Below are positions 13,168 through 25,579 of a stretch of 64,000 bases of DNA, one piece after another; the stretch's first letter is position 1, and each line of letters starts with the position of its first letter. The stretch is from Podarcis muralis (Eukaryota). The DNA lies in NCBI RefSeq assembly GCF_964188315.1, contig NC_135667.1, forward strand, positions 25,234,001 to 25,298,000, given 5' to 3'. A program made the translations under genes and the position numbers. The notes under the pieces are model-generated. The model saw only the letters and a list, made by a program, of their open reading frames with translations. It was not told where the DNA came from and did no database searches.

Positions 13168-13400
13168 CAGTGGTACCTCGGGTTAAGAACTTAATTCGTC
13201 CCAGAGGTCCGTTCTTAACCTGAGGTACCACTTTAGCTAATGGGGCCTCCCGCTACCGCTGTGCTGCCACACCGCTGTCGCATGATTTCTGTTCTCATCC
13301 TGAAGCAAAGTTCTTAACCCAAGGTACTATTTCTGGGTTAGCGGAGTCTGTAACCTGAAGCATCTTTAACCTGAAGCGTCTGTAACCCGAGGTACCACTG
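13168..13400. mobile_element. Tc1/mariner (Tigger-like) MITE, 233 bp
   Basis: Perfect 18-bp TIR cagtggtacctcgggtta / taacccgaggtaccactg, flanked by TA on both sides. Confidence 0.9.
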
Positions 13401-14005
13401 TATTGCATTAGTGAGAAATGATTACCTTCTGAGATAACCAATTTTTTAAAAAAATGTTTATTGATTTATCATAAACATATGCACAAAGTAACACATAAAC
13501 ATATAAACCATAACGGAACCATACACAGAGCATACTGAGCATAAAAAAAGACAGAGATGCAGTTACATATACCTACATTTTTAAGATGAGTCTATAAAGT
13601 ACAGCTACAATGAGAAGTGAATTATGGGAGTAGTACTTATGTGACTCTGTTTAGTTATATAATCACAAATATATATATCAAATCATATAATCACATTGAA
13701 ACTGTTCAGTTTGGCTTGAACCCAGACAGCAGGTCTATGTCTAACCAGACTTTCAGATAGCACAATCAAATATTGGATCTACATTTAGAGAATGAACCCT
13801 TCACTGGTGGTGGAGGAGTGTCGATTAATTTATTAAAGTTTTGATTTGCTAATCTCCTAATTTCTCAGATGTTTCAACCAAACCTCCAAGTTCACCTCAG
13901 CATTTCACTTGACTAACATTGACCATATCATTAAAATGTGAGAATGCAGTGCAAACATTTATAGCTCACTATCACCATGACTGCTTATTCACATTTGTTT
14001 TCTAG

Positions 14006-14971
14006 ATGGAAGATGACACAGTCTTGGAGCAGTTAAATTACACAGGAGTAACAACATTCATCATTGCTGGTTTCACAGGTACTAAGAAGTTACAAGTTAT
14101 ATATTTCATCACATTCCTTCTCATATATCTCCTTACACTTTGGGGAAACATCATCCTGCTTATCACACTAAAGACAGAATCGAGTCTTCACACACCGATG
14201 TACTTCTTCCTGAGCAATCTTGCTATCCTGGAGATTGGTTACACCTCAGTCACTCTCCCTAAACTTCTGGCAATATCCTTAGGAAGATCTAAGGCTATCT
14301 CTCTAACAGCATGCCTTGTGCAGTCATATTTCTTCTTCTTTCTGGGTTCCACAGAGTGCTTCCTACTTGCTGTTATGGCTTATGACCGTTATCTTGCCAT
14401 ATGCAACCCACTGAGATACTCAACACTGATGTGCAGTAGAATGTGTATCTACTTAGCTTTAGCTTCCTGGGTGACTGGATTCCTAAATCCTTGCCCATCT
14501 ACCATCTTAGTTGGCAGGTTGCACTTCTGCGGCAACATCATTGACCATTTCTTCTGTGATGTCCCTCCACTGCTCAGCCTGTCATGTACTAACACGTACA
14601 TCAGCAGAACCATCATCTTCATCAGTTCAGCTGTCATAGTATTAGGAACTTTTCTGTTGACCATGCTTTCTTATGTCTGCATCCTGGCAACCCTCCTAAG
14701 GATGTCCTCAGCAAAAGGACGGCAGAAGGCTTTTTCCACCTGCACTGCCCACTTGACTGTAGTTTCACTCTACTATGGAACCGTTATCTTCATATATGTC
14801 AACCCCACAGGCCAGAACTCAATGGAAGTTAACAAGGTGGTCTCATTTATCTACAGTGTAGTGACCCCCATGCTCAACCCAATCATCTACAGTTTGAGAA
14901 ATGAAGATGTTAAGAAAGCTTTAAAAAAAATGATGCTTAGGAGATTCTGCCCTGGAAGACAAACATTTTAG
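14006..14971 (+). CDS. Olfactory receptor, class II (OR6/11-like), intact (321 aa)
   Basis: Motifs LHTPMYFFL, MAYDRYLAIC, HFFCD, KAFSTCTAHL and PMLNPIIYSLRN. A candidate acceptor ttgttttctAG directly abuts the ATG. Confidence 0.96.
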   Translation: MEDDTVLEQLNYTGVTTFIIAGFTGTKKLQVIYFITFLLIYLLTLWGNIILLITLKTESSLHTPMYFFLSNLAILEIGYTSVTLPKLLAISLGRSKAISLTACLVQSYFFFFLGSTECFLLAVMAYDRYLAICNPLRYSTLMCSRMCIYLALASWVTGFLNPCPSTILVGRLHFCGNIIDHFFCDVPPLLSLSCTNTYISRTIIFISSAVIVLGTFLLTMLSYVCILATLLRMSSAKGRQKAFSTCTAHLTVVSLYYGTVIFIYVNPTGQNSMEVNKVVSFIYSVVTPMLNPIIYSLRNEDVKKALKKMMLRRFCPGRQTF

Positions 14972-15962
14972 AAACAGAAGCTTGGCTTTAATGTGATTTA
15001 ATAATTTATAGAAGTTAACTGAAAGTTGCTCCAAAATCTCCCTCTGGTTGGGCAATCTAAGACTGTGCACATCCTTAAAAATAACGAAGTACACTATTTA
15101 GAAATCTTGAGTTTGTTTGTTTGCTTTTCCTCCTCTGTTTAGAATTCCCAGGCAACACTGGGCACTTTCTGCTAGTTAATTTATATGCTTAATCTGTGTA
15201 TATTCATAGTTACTGTATTCCTAATGTGAGCAGGTAGTAGTAGTCGTTCTTGTAGTTCTTTCTTTCTCTCTTCCATTCCCCTTCTCTATGTTAAATTTTC
15301 AAATAAAAAATCAGTTTAAACTTATTGGCTCATTTTTTGAGATTAAAGGGAACATATAGCACATAATGTCTAGGAAGTCCTAAAAGGCATGCAAAGTCTT
15401 AGATATGTGGGACAACCTACTGGGTGATTAGAACTCCAGTTTTTGCTGCCTTCCTGGTATTGGGTTGGGGGGGTATTCTTGTATCCCGCACCTTTGAAGA
15501 CAAAATGTGTGTCTGATGGGCTGACTTCAGATTGGAGAGTCACAAGTCACGCAGGCTTGCCCTGAACTGCTGCTGAGAAATCCAGACTGCTATGGAAATT
15601 ATTACTACTACTCATCCTCCATTACAGTTATTACCATGCTGTCACACAAGACTCCTAGTGCTCCCAGGAGCTCTACTCATCTGCTCCACACCATCTTGGT
15701 TCTCATTCAAAGATCCTCTCCAACTTTACAGATCCTTCTTTTTCTATAGATGCTCAGTGGAAGATCAGTGGGGAGTTGCCTATAACCTGCTTGACATTGA
15801 AACCACTGCAGTTTTGTATATTATGTGAATTGGTGAGAGATGGTTCACTGAGATATATGTGGCCCAGTTTAGGTCAATATGTTTTCACTTGCATATTCTG
15901 TGTAATATCAACCCAAGACTAAGCTGGTGTTGTAGGGATGCAGCAGCAAAGTATCTATCTTA

Positions 15963-16283
15963 GGTAAAGGTAAAGGGGCACCTGACAGGTCCAGTCGCGA
16001 ACGACTCTGGGGTTGCGGCGCTCATCTCGCTTTATTGGCCGAGGGAGCTCGTGTTTGTCCACAGACAGCTTCCGGGTCATGTGGCCAGCATGACTAAGAC
16101 TAACACGGAAACACCATTTACCTTCCCGCTGGAGTGGTACCTATTTATCTACTTGCACTTTGACGTGCTTTCGAACTGCAAGGTGGGCAGGAGGTGGGAC
16201 TGAGCAATGGGAGCTCACCCCCGTCGTGGGGATTCAAACCGCTGACCTTCTGATGAGCAAGCCCTAGGCTCTATGGTTTAGAC
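15963..16283 (-). mobile_element. Sauria-type SINE, interrupted near its 5' end by a hAT insertion
   Basis: ggtaaaggtaaa tail at 15963 and SINE core on the - strand. The sequence stops at the hAT TSD. Confidence 0.85.
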
Positions 16284-17902
16284 CAGTGTTTCCCAACCGG
16301 TGTTCCGCGGCACACTAGTGTGCCGCCGGACGTTGCCTAGTGTGCCGTGGAAGTAGTGGCGTAGCGTGGGGGGTGCCAGGGGTGCCAGTCGCACCGGGCG
16401 CAACATCTGCGGGGGGCGCGAGTCCAGAGGGAAGGGACAAGTTCCTTCCTCCGCCGGGCTCCCCGCCGCCACCGCCAGCCTTGCGCCCTAGCGCGCGCGC
16501 CCCCCGCCGCCGCTGCGGCTGCGCTCCACTCACTGCTCGCAGGAGGAGCAGCCACTGCAGCAGCGCTGACACCGCCACCGACGCCTGGCCGGGCACGGGC
16601 AGCCTCCGCTCCCCGACGCCGACGCCATCCCCTTCCCCCTTTTTTTCCAGAGCTGGGGGAGGGGGAGGTTTTAAAAGGGGGTCTTGCATTGGCGATCCTG
16701 CAGCACTTTGGGCCGCACGACGCGAGCGCGCAGCACGGATCAGCCACGACCCCACCCCGTGCATTTCCCAGGGAAAAGTGCTCCACATGGGAGGCGCGTT
16801 TCCCCTTCATTCCCTCTCGTGCAAATCCTCCTTGGGTTCCCTCCCCCGTCTTTCCTCTCCCTACCTCACAAAAGCCTCACCTCGTCGCCTCCTCGCTGCC
16901 TCTCGCCTCCGCAGGAGCGTTTCCCTCCGCGGAAGAAGGAGCAGGGCGCTTTTGCAACTTTGCCTTCCCCGCCCCACCACGGAGCACATTTTCCTCGCCC
17001 CCCCAACCCCCGCATGTAGAATAGAAGCCCTCCAGCCTCCACGGTGCACAAACTCTCCCCTCTGCAATGAAGCGCTTTGTTGCATATCTTTGGTGAGGTT
17101 TTTAGGCAGTCTTGGTGCACCTTAAATCAGCGCTAATTGCGCCTGGACGCAGTATTTACTTCTGAGTAGGCCCCCTTCTCCCCCCCCCCCCCGTAGCACC
17201 TGACGTTGCTATTCGTATCATCAGGTTTGTTTGTTGATAATTTAATTGTTTTAAAAGCATCATGCTAAAGAGCTCTCTCCCACCCCCAGACCCTTGGGCA
17301 AAACAGAAACACACACATACACAAACACAGAGATTGAGCCCTGCAGGTTTTATGAAATGAATGGATTCTGAATGCCTGTTTCAGTGGCTTGTCCGCCTTA
17401 GGCTGCTGGGCCAGACACCTGTTACACGGTGCAGTCCGTAAGCTGTGAGCGCTGCTACCTGCCGCCGAGACCACGTAACGACAGTCTTGAAAGACCTACA
17501 TTGGCTCCCAGTACCTTTCCGAGCACAATTCAAAGTGTTGGTGCTGACCTTTAAAGCCCTAAGCGGTTTCGGTCCAGTATACCTGAAGTAGCGTCTCCGC
17601 CACCATCGTTCAGCCCAGACACTGAGATCCAGTGCCAAGGGCCTTCTGGCAATTCCCTCACTGTGAAAAGTGAGGTTACAGGGAACCAGGCAGAGGGCCT
17701 TCTCGGTAGTGGCGCCCGCCCTGTGGAATGCCCTCCCATCAGACATCAAAGAGATAACCATTACCTTCTATGCTGTTACTATTTTTTTATTTTTTTTTAC
17801 ATAAGTAAAAAGTGACTTTTCCCCATCTGGCATGGTGGTGTGCCTCGAGATTTTTTTCATGAAACAAGTGTGCCTTTGCCCAAAAAAGGTTGGGAAACAC
17901 TG
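16284..17902 (+). mobile_element. Non-autonomous hAT DNA transposon, copy 1 (1,619 bp)
   Basis: Perfect 15-bp TIR cagtgtttcccaacc / ggttgggaaacactg. 8-bp TSD GTTTAGAC at 16276-16283 and 17903-17910. Subterminal GTGTGCC repeats; no transposase ORF. Confidence 0.95.
17462..17760 (+). mobile_element. L2-type LINE ORF2 C-terminal fragment carried inside hAT copy 1
   Basis: Translates to RDHVTTVLKDLHWLPVPFRAQFKVLVLTFKAL...RAFSVVAPALWNALP with two stops. Same family as the ORF at 36975-37382. Confidence 0.85.
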
Positions 17903-18475
17903 GTTTAGACTACCATTCTACCACTAATGGCATTCAATATCCATTTGCCTTGGAGTAGTTTCAGATATGCTCCTGGAAAGCATCCAGACATGGCCAGGAA
18001 TGTGTTCTGCTACTATAAACTGAAGCGAATCCTGTAGTGTTGACATAGCAAGTATACATGCTTTTGTATTATTTAGAGTAGCATTGGTACTGTATATATG
18101 AAAGTTTTGATATTTCTCTCCCATTAGAAACATTCCTGTATTAATAAAGCGGAATGTAAAATATAGTAATCAGATCTTTATGTATTTCACATATTAACAG
18201 ACATCATTAGTGACCATCTTCAACCATGAAGTAATAGTATGGATGTTGCTTGTTTATTTTCATTTCATCTATGAAACATCTTTCCATGAAACATCTCAAA
18301 GCCATTAAAAATAAAAATGTCATAAAAACATCATTCAAAACATCAAAAATAAAAACACATGCATAAACTATTTCAAATGCAATAGAGATACTGACTGGGA
18401 TTAGAATTTCTACTTGAAAGCCTTCATGGGGAAGGCAGGTATCCAGCACATGGTAAAAAGGCAGTAGAGATGGTT

Positions 18476-18765
18476 CTTAGAATCACAGAATTGTAGAGTT
18501 GGAAGGGATCCCGAGAGCCATCTAGACCAATTTCCTGCAATGCAGGAATCTCAACTAAAGCATGCCTGATAGATGGCCATCCAACTTCTGCTTAAAAACC
18601 TCCAGTGAAAGAGAGCGCACAGCTTCCTGAAGTAAACTCTTCCACTGCTGAACAGCTCTTACTGTCACAAAGCTATTCCTGGCGTTTAGTCAGAATCTCC
18701 TTTCTTGTAACTTGAAGCCATCGGTTTGTGTCCTACTCTCCAGAGCAGGAGAAAACAAGCTTGCT
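18476..18765 (-). mobile_element. CR1 LINE 3' fragment
   Basis: tagaatcacagaattgtagagttggaaggg tail and ORF2 3' homology to 21927-22254 in reverse orientation. Confidence 0.8.
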
Positions 18766-19008
18766 TCTTGTCTGATATGTAATGGGAGAGAGTTCCAAAG
18801 GGTGGGTGCTGCCACCCTAAAGGTTCTGTATCATGGAAAATGAACCTCCTGAAGAGATTGCATCTGCAGAAGGCCTATAATCTATGCTTGCAAAAGAATT
18901 TCACAACAAATGCCCAGGGAGAGGAATTTCATGGTGAATGGTTCAGCACTGCAACTCAGCCCACTGTTTTTCTCTTCCAAACCGAACTGCACACTACTTT
19001 TCAGACTT

Positions 19009-19144
19009 TCATAGAATCATAGAATCATGTAATTGTAGACTTGAAAGGTACCCCAAGGATCATCTAGTCCAACCCCCATTGATGACAGATGGCAACCCAA
19101 CCTCTGCTTTATAATCTCCAAGGAAGAGGAGTCCACAACCTCCC
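19009..19144 (-). mobile_element. CR1 LINE 3' tail fragment
   Basis: tcatagaatcatagaatcat repeat tail followed by CR1 3' UTR-like sequence. Confidence 0.7.
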
Positions 19145-19204
19145 AAGTATACCATGTTCTCAGACTTTGGCCCTTTGCCAAATATCAAAACATAAAAATC
19201 AGCC

Positions 19205-19545
19205 CATTGGGACAGATCTTTCAGTGTAGGTGTGTTAAACTATGGAACTCACTCCCGCAGGAGGCACTGCTGACCACCAACTTGGGTGGCTTTAAAAGTG
19301 GATTAGACCAGTTCATGAAAGAGAGAGCTATCAATGGTTACTAACCATGATGTCTATGCTCCACCTCCACAGCTGGAGGCAGCAAAGACTGCAAATTCTA
19401 GTTGCTGAAAACCACAGAAGGGGAGAGTCCTTTTGTGCTCATGTTCTGCTCCCTGGTTTCCCACAGGCATCTAGTTGGCCACTGTGAGAACAGTGTACTA
19501 GATGGGCTACTGGCCCAATCTGACAAGATTATTCTTATATGCTTA
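19205..19545 (+). mobile_element. CR1-like LINE 3' fragment
   Basis: WNSLPQE-like coding end followed by a 3' UTR ending ttcttatatgctta. Confidence 0.65.
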
Positions 19546-19621
19546 CGTCTTTATAGTGATAGTATGGGTCTTCAGATCTCTTCAACTGATCTTCAGGTCC
19601 TTCAGGTTTCAGTTAAAGAAT

Positions 19622-20572
19622 CTAAATTCCAAGGGAAGGTATTCTCAGCAGAAACCTTCTCATTGCCAGCTTCACTTCCTTGTTCCGTAGGCTGTAAATA
19701 ATTGGGTTGAGTGTTTGCGTTAAGAGACTGTACAAAACCCCCACAAGCTGATCCCTTTCAAGTGAGTAGCTGGAGGTAGGACGGACATATGTAAATATGC
19801 TGGAGCCATAGAACAGAATCACAACTGTGAGATGGGAAGCACAGGTGGAAATGGCTTTGTGGCGCTGTCCTTTCTGGCGGCTGCTTAAAATGGCATGAAG
19901 GATGAATGTGTATGAGACCAGGGTGAAGAAGAAAGGGCTAAGGCCTACAAACACACCCACTGTAAGAAGGGTTGCCTCATTGACTGACGTGTCAGAGCAT
20001 GAAATACTCAACAATGGTGGAATGTCACAGAAAAAATGACTAATTCCATTAGATTGGCAGAAAGACAGGCGAAATGTGAGTGTTGTGTGGAGAGAAGCAT
20101 TGAGGAAGCCACAAGTCCAGGATATAGCAGCCAACTGAAGGCAAATATATTTATTCATGAGTTTTGTATAGCCCAGTGGATGGCATATGGCAAAATAGCG
20201 GTCCAGAGCCATAGAAGCCAGAAGGAATCCTTCGGTGCCCACCAAGGCAACAAGGAAAAACAACTGTGCAGCACAACCCATGAAGGAAATGACTGGGGAT
20301 TCAGCCCAGAGATCTGCTAGCATTTTTGGTACTGTCACAGAGATGTAGCAGATGTCAAGGAAAGAGAGGTTGCCAAGGAAGAAATACATGGGGGTGTGTA
20401 GAGACCGATTTAACACAGTCGTGGTGAGTATGAGTGAGTTTCCCAAGAAGCAGACAGTATACATAGTGAGGAACAGGATGGCAAGGAAGGTCTTTCCTTG
20501 TGTGATATTTACAAATCCCAGGAGTATGAATTCCAAGATGCATGTTTCATTCTCAGAGGAAGTTGATCTCAT
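19622..20572 (-). CDS. Olfactory receptor, class II, intact (316 aa); paralog of 57436-58368
   Basis: Motifs LHTPMYFFL, MALDRYFAIC (variant), HFFCD, KAISTCASHL and TQTLNPIIYSLRNKEV. Confidence 0.94.
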   Translation of the reverse strand: MRSTSSENETCILEFILLGFVNITQGKTFLAILFLTMYTVCFLGNSLILTTTVLNRSLHTPMYFFLGNLSFLDICYISVTVPKMLADLWAESPVISFMGCAAQLFFLVALVGTEGFLLASMALDRYFAICHPLGYTKLMNKYICLQLAAISWTCGFLNASLHTTLTFRLSFCQSNGISHFFCDIPPLLSISCSDTSVNEATLLTVGVFVGLSPFFFTLVSYTFILHAILSSRQKGQRHKAISTCASHLTVVILFYGSSIFTYVRPTSSYSLERDQLVGVLYSLLTQTLNPIIYSLRNKEVKLAMRRFLLRIPSLGI

Positions 20573-21249
20573 GGTGTTTAATCTGAATATTACAAATGCA
20601 AGAATATTTCAGTCATTTCAATGTCATGCAGCAAAAATTTATCCTATATAGATATTTTTAGTGTTACATATAAAGCTGCACTAAAGCTGCACTATTTCTA
20701 TATTCTTAAAGGGAGCAAACTTGTAGCCTGTTGGCATAAATTGACAACCTGCAGGTTTTTACTCAAGAAAGCGATCCAACTGATTATCCAATTGATAATA
20801 ATTGATTATTCAATTGATAATAATGTTTGCAGATTGATCTTGATTAAAAATATTTCTTTGAGTGACCTTGTTTTTGCTTTAGCTATAGATGGAGCAGTGC
20901 CCTCTAGATCTTGTTGGACTACAACTATCATCATAGTTTTCAGACCTAGCTGAATCATAGTTTTCAGACCTAAGTGCATAAAGGATTGCAGGCTAAAGAT
21001 GCAATGCTATATTCACTTTACATGGGAACAAGCCTCACTGAATGTAACGGGACTTTGTTCTGAGTTGCATTAATAGGATTGAAGTCCATCTAACAAGAAC
21101 ATTGTCTACTGATCCTTTTCTGGTGTCAAAAAGAAAGAAACAAGCACTTACTTTTGGAGGACTGCTGATCATTGTAGGTAAAGGATATGGTCAGCCTATC
21201 CTATTTAATGCAGCTATGAAATAGCTAGGGATGTCCAATTCCAGAAGAG

Positions 21250-21250
<1 letters not shown>

Positions 21251-21325
<75 letters not shown>
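21251..21325. repeat. Compound (TG)n(AG)n microsatellite
   Basis: Read directly. Confidence 0.95.
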
Positions 21326-21329
<4 letters not shown>

Positions 21330-21631
21330 TTCTCATCTTAAAGGATTTTAAAGTGTCAGACATGATACCCCATTGGCATCATTATTTGAAGCAAATCATT
21401 GTCCCCAGAGAAGTTGAAACTGCTGCTTTGGGTATAAAAATTGGGTTTCTCCTATGGGGCCAAAATGATTAATTATAAAGTGATATTGCACTTCCATTAT
21501 CTAAGATTCTGCACATCCATGAGTTAGTAAACAGAACAATATATTTCTTTTATTTATCATTAAATTTATATTCCCCCTTTCCCACAATGGAACTCATGGC
21601 AGCAAACAACAAGCCAAAAAATAATAAGTTG

Positions 21632-21636
<5 letters not shown>

Positions 21637-21699
<63 letters not shown>
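21637..21699. repeat. (TG)n(AC)n palindromic microsatellite
   Basis: A TG run meets an AC run at gt|ac (21665/21666). Confidence 0.95.
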
Positions 21700-21701
<2 letters not shown>

Positions 21702-21926
21702 CATCACAGAGAAAGACAATGCAGCTTTCCAAAGCAAAGTCATAACATGCAGGTATAGGTAACTGTGAGCAAGTATCATAAATTGTAGTTGAGTTCTCAC
21801 AAAGAGAATATTAAGAAGTAAACCTTTAGCTGGACTGTATCACTTCTACCTTCTGGTGGTGCTAGAGATGACAGATTGCAGGTTCTTCTTCTTCTTCTTC
21901 AAAAACAAACAAACAAACATTCCACA

Positions 21927-22254
21927 ATTAGCCATGTTCAAATATATAAAAGGATGTCACATAGAGGAGGGAGAAATGTTGTTTTCTGCTGCTCCAGAAA
22001 AGCGGACACGGAGCAATGGATCCAAACTACAAGAAAGAAGATTCCACCTAAACATTAGGAAGAACTTCCTGACAGTAAGAGCTGTTCAACAGTGGAATTT
22101 GCTGCCAAGGAGTGTGGTGGAGTCTCCATCTTTGGAGGTCTTTAAGCAGAGGCTTGACAACCATATGTCAGGAGTGCTCTGATGGTGTTTCCTGCTTGGC
22201 AGGGGGTTGGACTCGATGGCCCTTGTGGTCTCTTCCAACTCTATGATTCTATGA
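21927..22254 (+). mobile_element. CR1 LINE 3' end (ORF2 C-terminus and tail)
   Basis: Translates to FKYIKGCHIEEGEMLFS...RFHLNIRKNFLTVRAVQQWNLLPRSVVESPSLEVFKQRLD, followed by a (ATTCTATG)n-like tail. Confidence 0.9.
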
Positions 22255-22889
22255 TATGTCTGAGAAAAGGTTAGGTGTGTACACTCCTAGCAAAAATGCC
22301 CCCCCCCCTTTGTTCAAGGAATATTTGTAAGGATCATCAAACCTTATACCAATCTGAAAAGGTGCCATTCAGAAATAGCTCATGACAATACTGTCTGCCA
22401 GAACTAGGTCTATGAGTAACTATATCTTAAATATTTATTAACCAAAGTTTTCAAACATTTTATTATCAATTAAAGTACAACCATCCAAGTCCTTTGCTTT
22501 TTTTCAACACCTTATTTGCCAACTGAACTAAATTTCTCCTATACCTCCAGTAGTGGATTTATATACATGAAACGTTTTTCATGCAAAAATAAAAAGTAAA
22601 AACCCCTTCACAATACACAATGAGCATGTCAGAGAGTTGGCTTGAGCCAACCTTCATGTAATATTGTGCCATTCAGAAACAGTTTAATACTCCTCTACAA
22701 TTGTTCAGACACACAGACTATGAGTGTATATAGGCTTAATATCTATTAACAAGAGTTTTCAAATATTTTATTTTCATGTTACAACTTTCAAACATTTTTT
22801 CAAATGTTTAAAATAAGAATGGCATTCTGTGACAAATGATTAAACTGTTAGGGCTTAAAACAACTCTCCCTACCCAGTTACTCAAATGT

Positions 22890-23846
22890 TCAATTAGTTG
22901 AGTCTTGGGCAGAGAAGATTCTTGTAACTGTCTTCTTAAATGCTCCTTTTACTTCTTTATTTCTTAGGGTATATATTATGGGGTTTAAAGCAGGTGTCAC
23001 AACAGTGTACATAAGAGAAATCATCTTGTCACTCTCCGGAGTGTAGCTGGACTTGGGCCTTAAGTAGGCAAAAAGGGCTGTCCCATAGAATAATGTCACT
23101 ACTGTGATGTGTGAGGAGCAAGTGGAAAACGCTTTCCTCCTTCCCTGTGCAGAAGGAAGTCTGAGAATGGTTGAAATTATACGGATATAGGAGAGGATGA
23201 TCAGCAGGAATGGACTCATGATGAAAAGGACAGACACTGTCATGACAACAATTTCATTTTTAGTGGTGTCTGTGCATGCCATTTTCACCAATGGTGGGAT
23301 GTCACAGAAAAAGTGCTGAATGCGTTTAGAACCACAAAATGGTAAGCTGAAGATCCATGTTGTTTGAGCAACTTCCACTGAAAAGCCAATAATCCATGAT
23401 GCGGCTGCCAGCTGTGTACATACTTGGTGGTTCATGATGACTGTGTAATGCAAAGGATGAGATATGGCAACATAGCGATCATATGCCATGGCTGCCAGAA
23501 GGCAGCATTCTGTCAGCCCCAAGATGGTGAAGACATACATCTGGGCTGCACATCCAGCTTTAGAAATGCTTTTATGCTCTGTTAACAAATGTATCAGCAT
23601 CTGGGGCACCACACTTGTGGTGTAACACATTTCTAAGAATGATAGGTTCACCAGGAAGAAATACATTGGCGTCTGAAGAGAAGGGTTGAGTTTTACAAGC
23701 AGAATTATGAGCAGGTTCCCAACTAAGGTGATCATGTATGTTGTCAGAAAAATGAAAAACAGCAAGATTTGCAGTTCAGCTAAGTCTGAAAACCCTACAA
23801 GGATGAATTCATTAGGATTGGTCTGGTTCTCTCCTATGTCTTCCAT
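22890..23846 (-). CDS. Olfactory receptor, OR10-like array member 1, intact (318 aa)
   Basis: Motifs PMYFFL, MAYDRYVAIS, HFFCD, KAFSTCSSH and PALNPIIYTLRNKEV. Candidate acceptor AG at 23860-23859, 12 nt before the ATG. Confidence 0.96.
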   Translation of the reverse strand: MEDIGENQTNPNEFILVGFSDLAELQILLFFIFLTTYMITLVGNLLIILLVKLNPSLQTPMYFFLVNLSFLEMCYTTSVVPQMLIHLLTEHKSISKAGCAAQMYVFTILGLTECCLLAAMAYDRYVAISHPLHYTVIMNHQVCTQLAAASWIIGFSVEVAQTTWIFSLPFCGSKRIQHFFCDIPPLVKMACTDTTKNEIVVMTVSVLFIMSPFLLIILSYIRIISTILRLPSAQGRRKAFSTCSSHITVVTLFYGTALFAYLRPKSSYTPESDKMISLMYTVVTPALNPIIYTLRNKEVKGAFKKTVTRIFSAQDSTN

Positions 23847-24915
23847 AGAATGGATATCCTATATGGAAGAGGAATAGATTGATACTGGGCATTAATTAGA
23901 TCAAATAAGTATAGTATAGTTACTCAAATACATTGTTTTATTACAGTCCAAAGACCCACAAAAAATTTTCAGAAGCAAAATGCAGGAGAGATACAAAGAA
24001 AAGATACCAAGACAGTTACTATGTTTTATCCAGAGCATGTTGATTTCTTTTTCTTATTACCTCTGAGAATTTTTTTGCCATGGTCAGGGTAATATCATTT
24101 GACTTAGCTTTGAGAAGACACTCGAGATGGAAGATTTCAGAAATGGGCAAGTGTGGAGGATTCCAAGGAGGAAATTGCAAACACTTTGCTCCTCTGTTAT
24201 TGTTTTGCTTGCTGCAGCACTATGGTAAATTAATCTCTTTAATGGCTTAGCATTTCCTCTCAATCCAGACCTTATGTGTAAACACCATATAATGTATTTG
24301 TTTGCCATCACTCAACTAGCCATTACACAGAGACGGAGGCCTAACTCAGCCTTTTTCAGGAGCGCCAGCTAGTGGGAACCGAGGGACCTTGGGTCTCCCC
24401 CCCCAAAAAATTAATAAGGGGGCCATGCCCCCTGAATATCCCACAGTGACATGCTCATGCCACGTGTGCAAGCTGTGTGGTGTGTGCGTGTGACGTGAGC
24501 ACATTGCATGGAGCCAGCCCCCTCAATCGCAAGGGCAAGCCTGTGTGCTTGGCCTTTCCCCTTGATACTTGCTTTAACAAGGTTTAATTTTTTTCATTAT
24601 CTGGAAAAAACCTCATCCATTCTTTATGAGTTTAAAGGGGTAAAGGTAAAGGTAAACGGTGGCCATTGTATAAAAAGACAAACTTATAGCTGGCAGGTTC
24701 CTGCAAAATATGACTGCATATGGATATAATTGTGTTCCAGGACTTGTTATTGACTGCTTTGTTGCACATCCATGGAATCTTGATCTTATTATTCATATCA
24801 TTATTTTTAGCAACATTTTCTTTCTTAAGTTGTGGATCATATGATGTGAAATAGGCAAACAATTGTTTGCTTTTGTATCTCCCAAGCACCTGCAGTTTTA
24901 CATGAAATAATATAA

Positions 24916-24970
<55 letters not shown>
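24916..24970. repeat. (ATT)n microsatellite
   Basis: Read directly. Confidence 0.95.
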
Positions 24971-24971
<1 letters not shown>

Positions 24972-25579
24972 AAAGGAACCAACTGTACTGCAAACTGAGA
25001 GCCAAACTCCAAATGTTGCACAAGATCACTAACCCTAATCCTAAATTAATCTTCCTATGTCTCACACCACCACCACCCCAAAAGCAGTGATGCAGAGGAG
25101 TGTCACCTTAGACAGGAGTTGTAGTATTGGGGGATGAGGACCAAGCCATTCCACTCACACCATTTCCTCAGTTTAAAGCTAAACCCCTAGCACAGTTATT
25201 ACATGGGTCTCAGATTTGGACAGGCACTCACCTCGGATCAGTTTGTTGTCCATACCTCCCAATCAACTATAATTGTGCAACTTGAATTTTCCTGTATGTG
25301 ATTGAATACCACCTCAAATAAAAACAATCCAGAAGAGCTGCTGATAAGCACACAAAAAATACTATAAATTATTTATGCTTAGCCAGAAATGTGCAATAGG
25401 AAGCACACAGATATGCACAAGTTGATTCTCTTGACTCTTTTCATTTTACTACAAATTAAGGAAGAGTGTCCAGATCTTCTTAACCCACAAATTAGACAGA
25501 ACCGCTGTCATTGAGATGTAACAAACCTACCTTATTCTTACTTTGCGCAAGAAATAACCACTCTTTCTTCCTTTGAAGT

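Noticed and set aside
16340-17125. 261-aa ORF and overlapping ORFs (also at 29073-29858)
   Set aside because: Low-complexity P/A/R/S translation of GC-rich transposon cargo, open in several frames because stops are rare. No domain was recognised.
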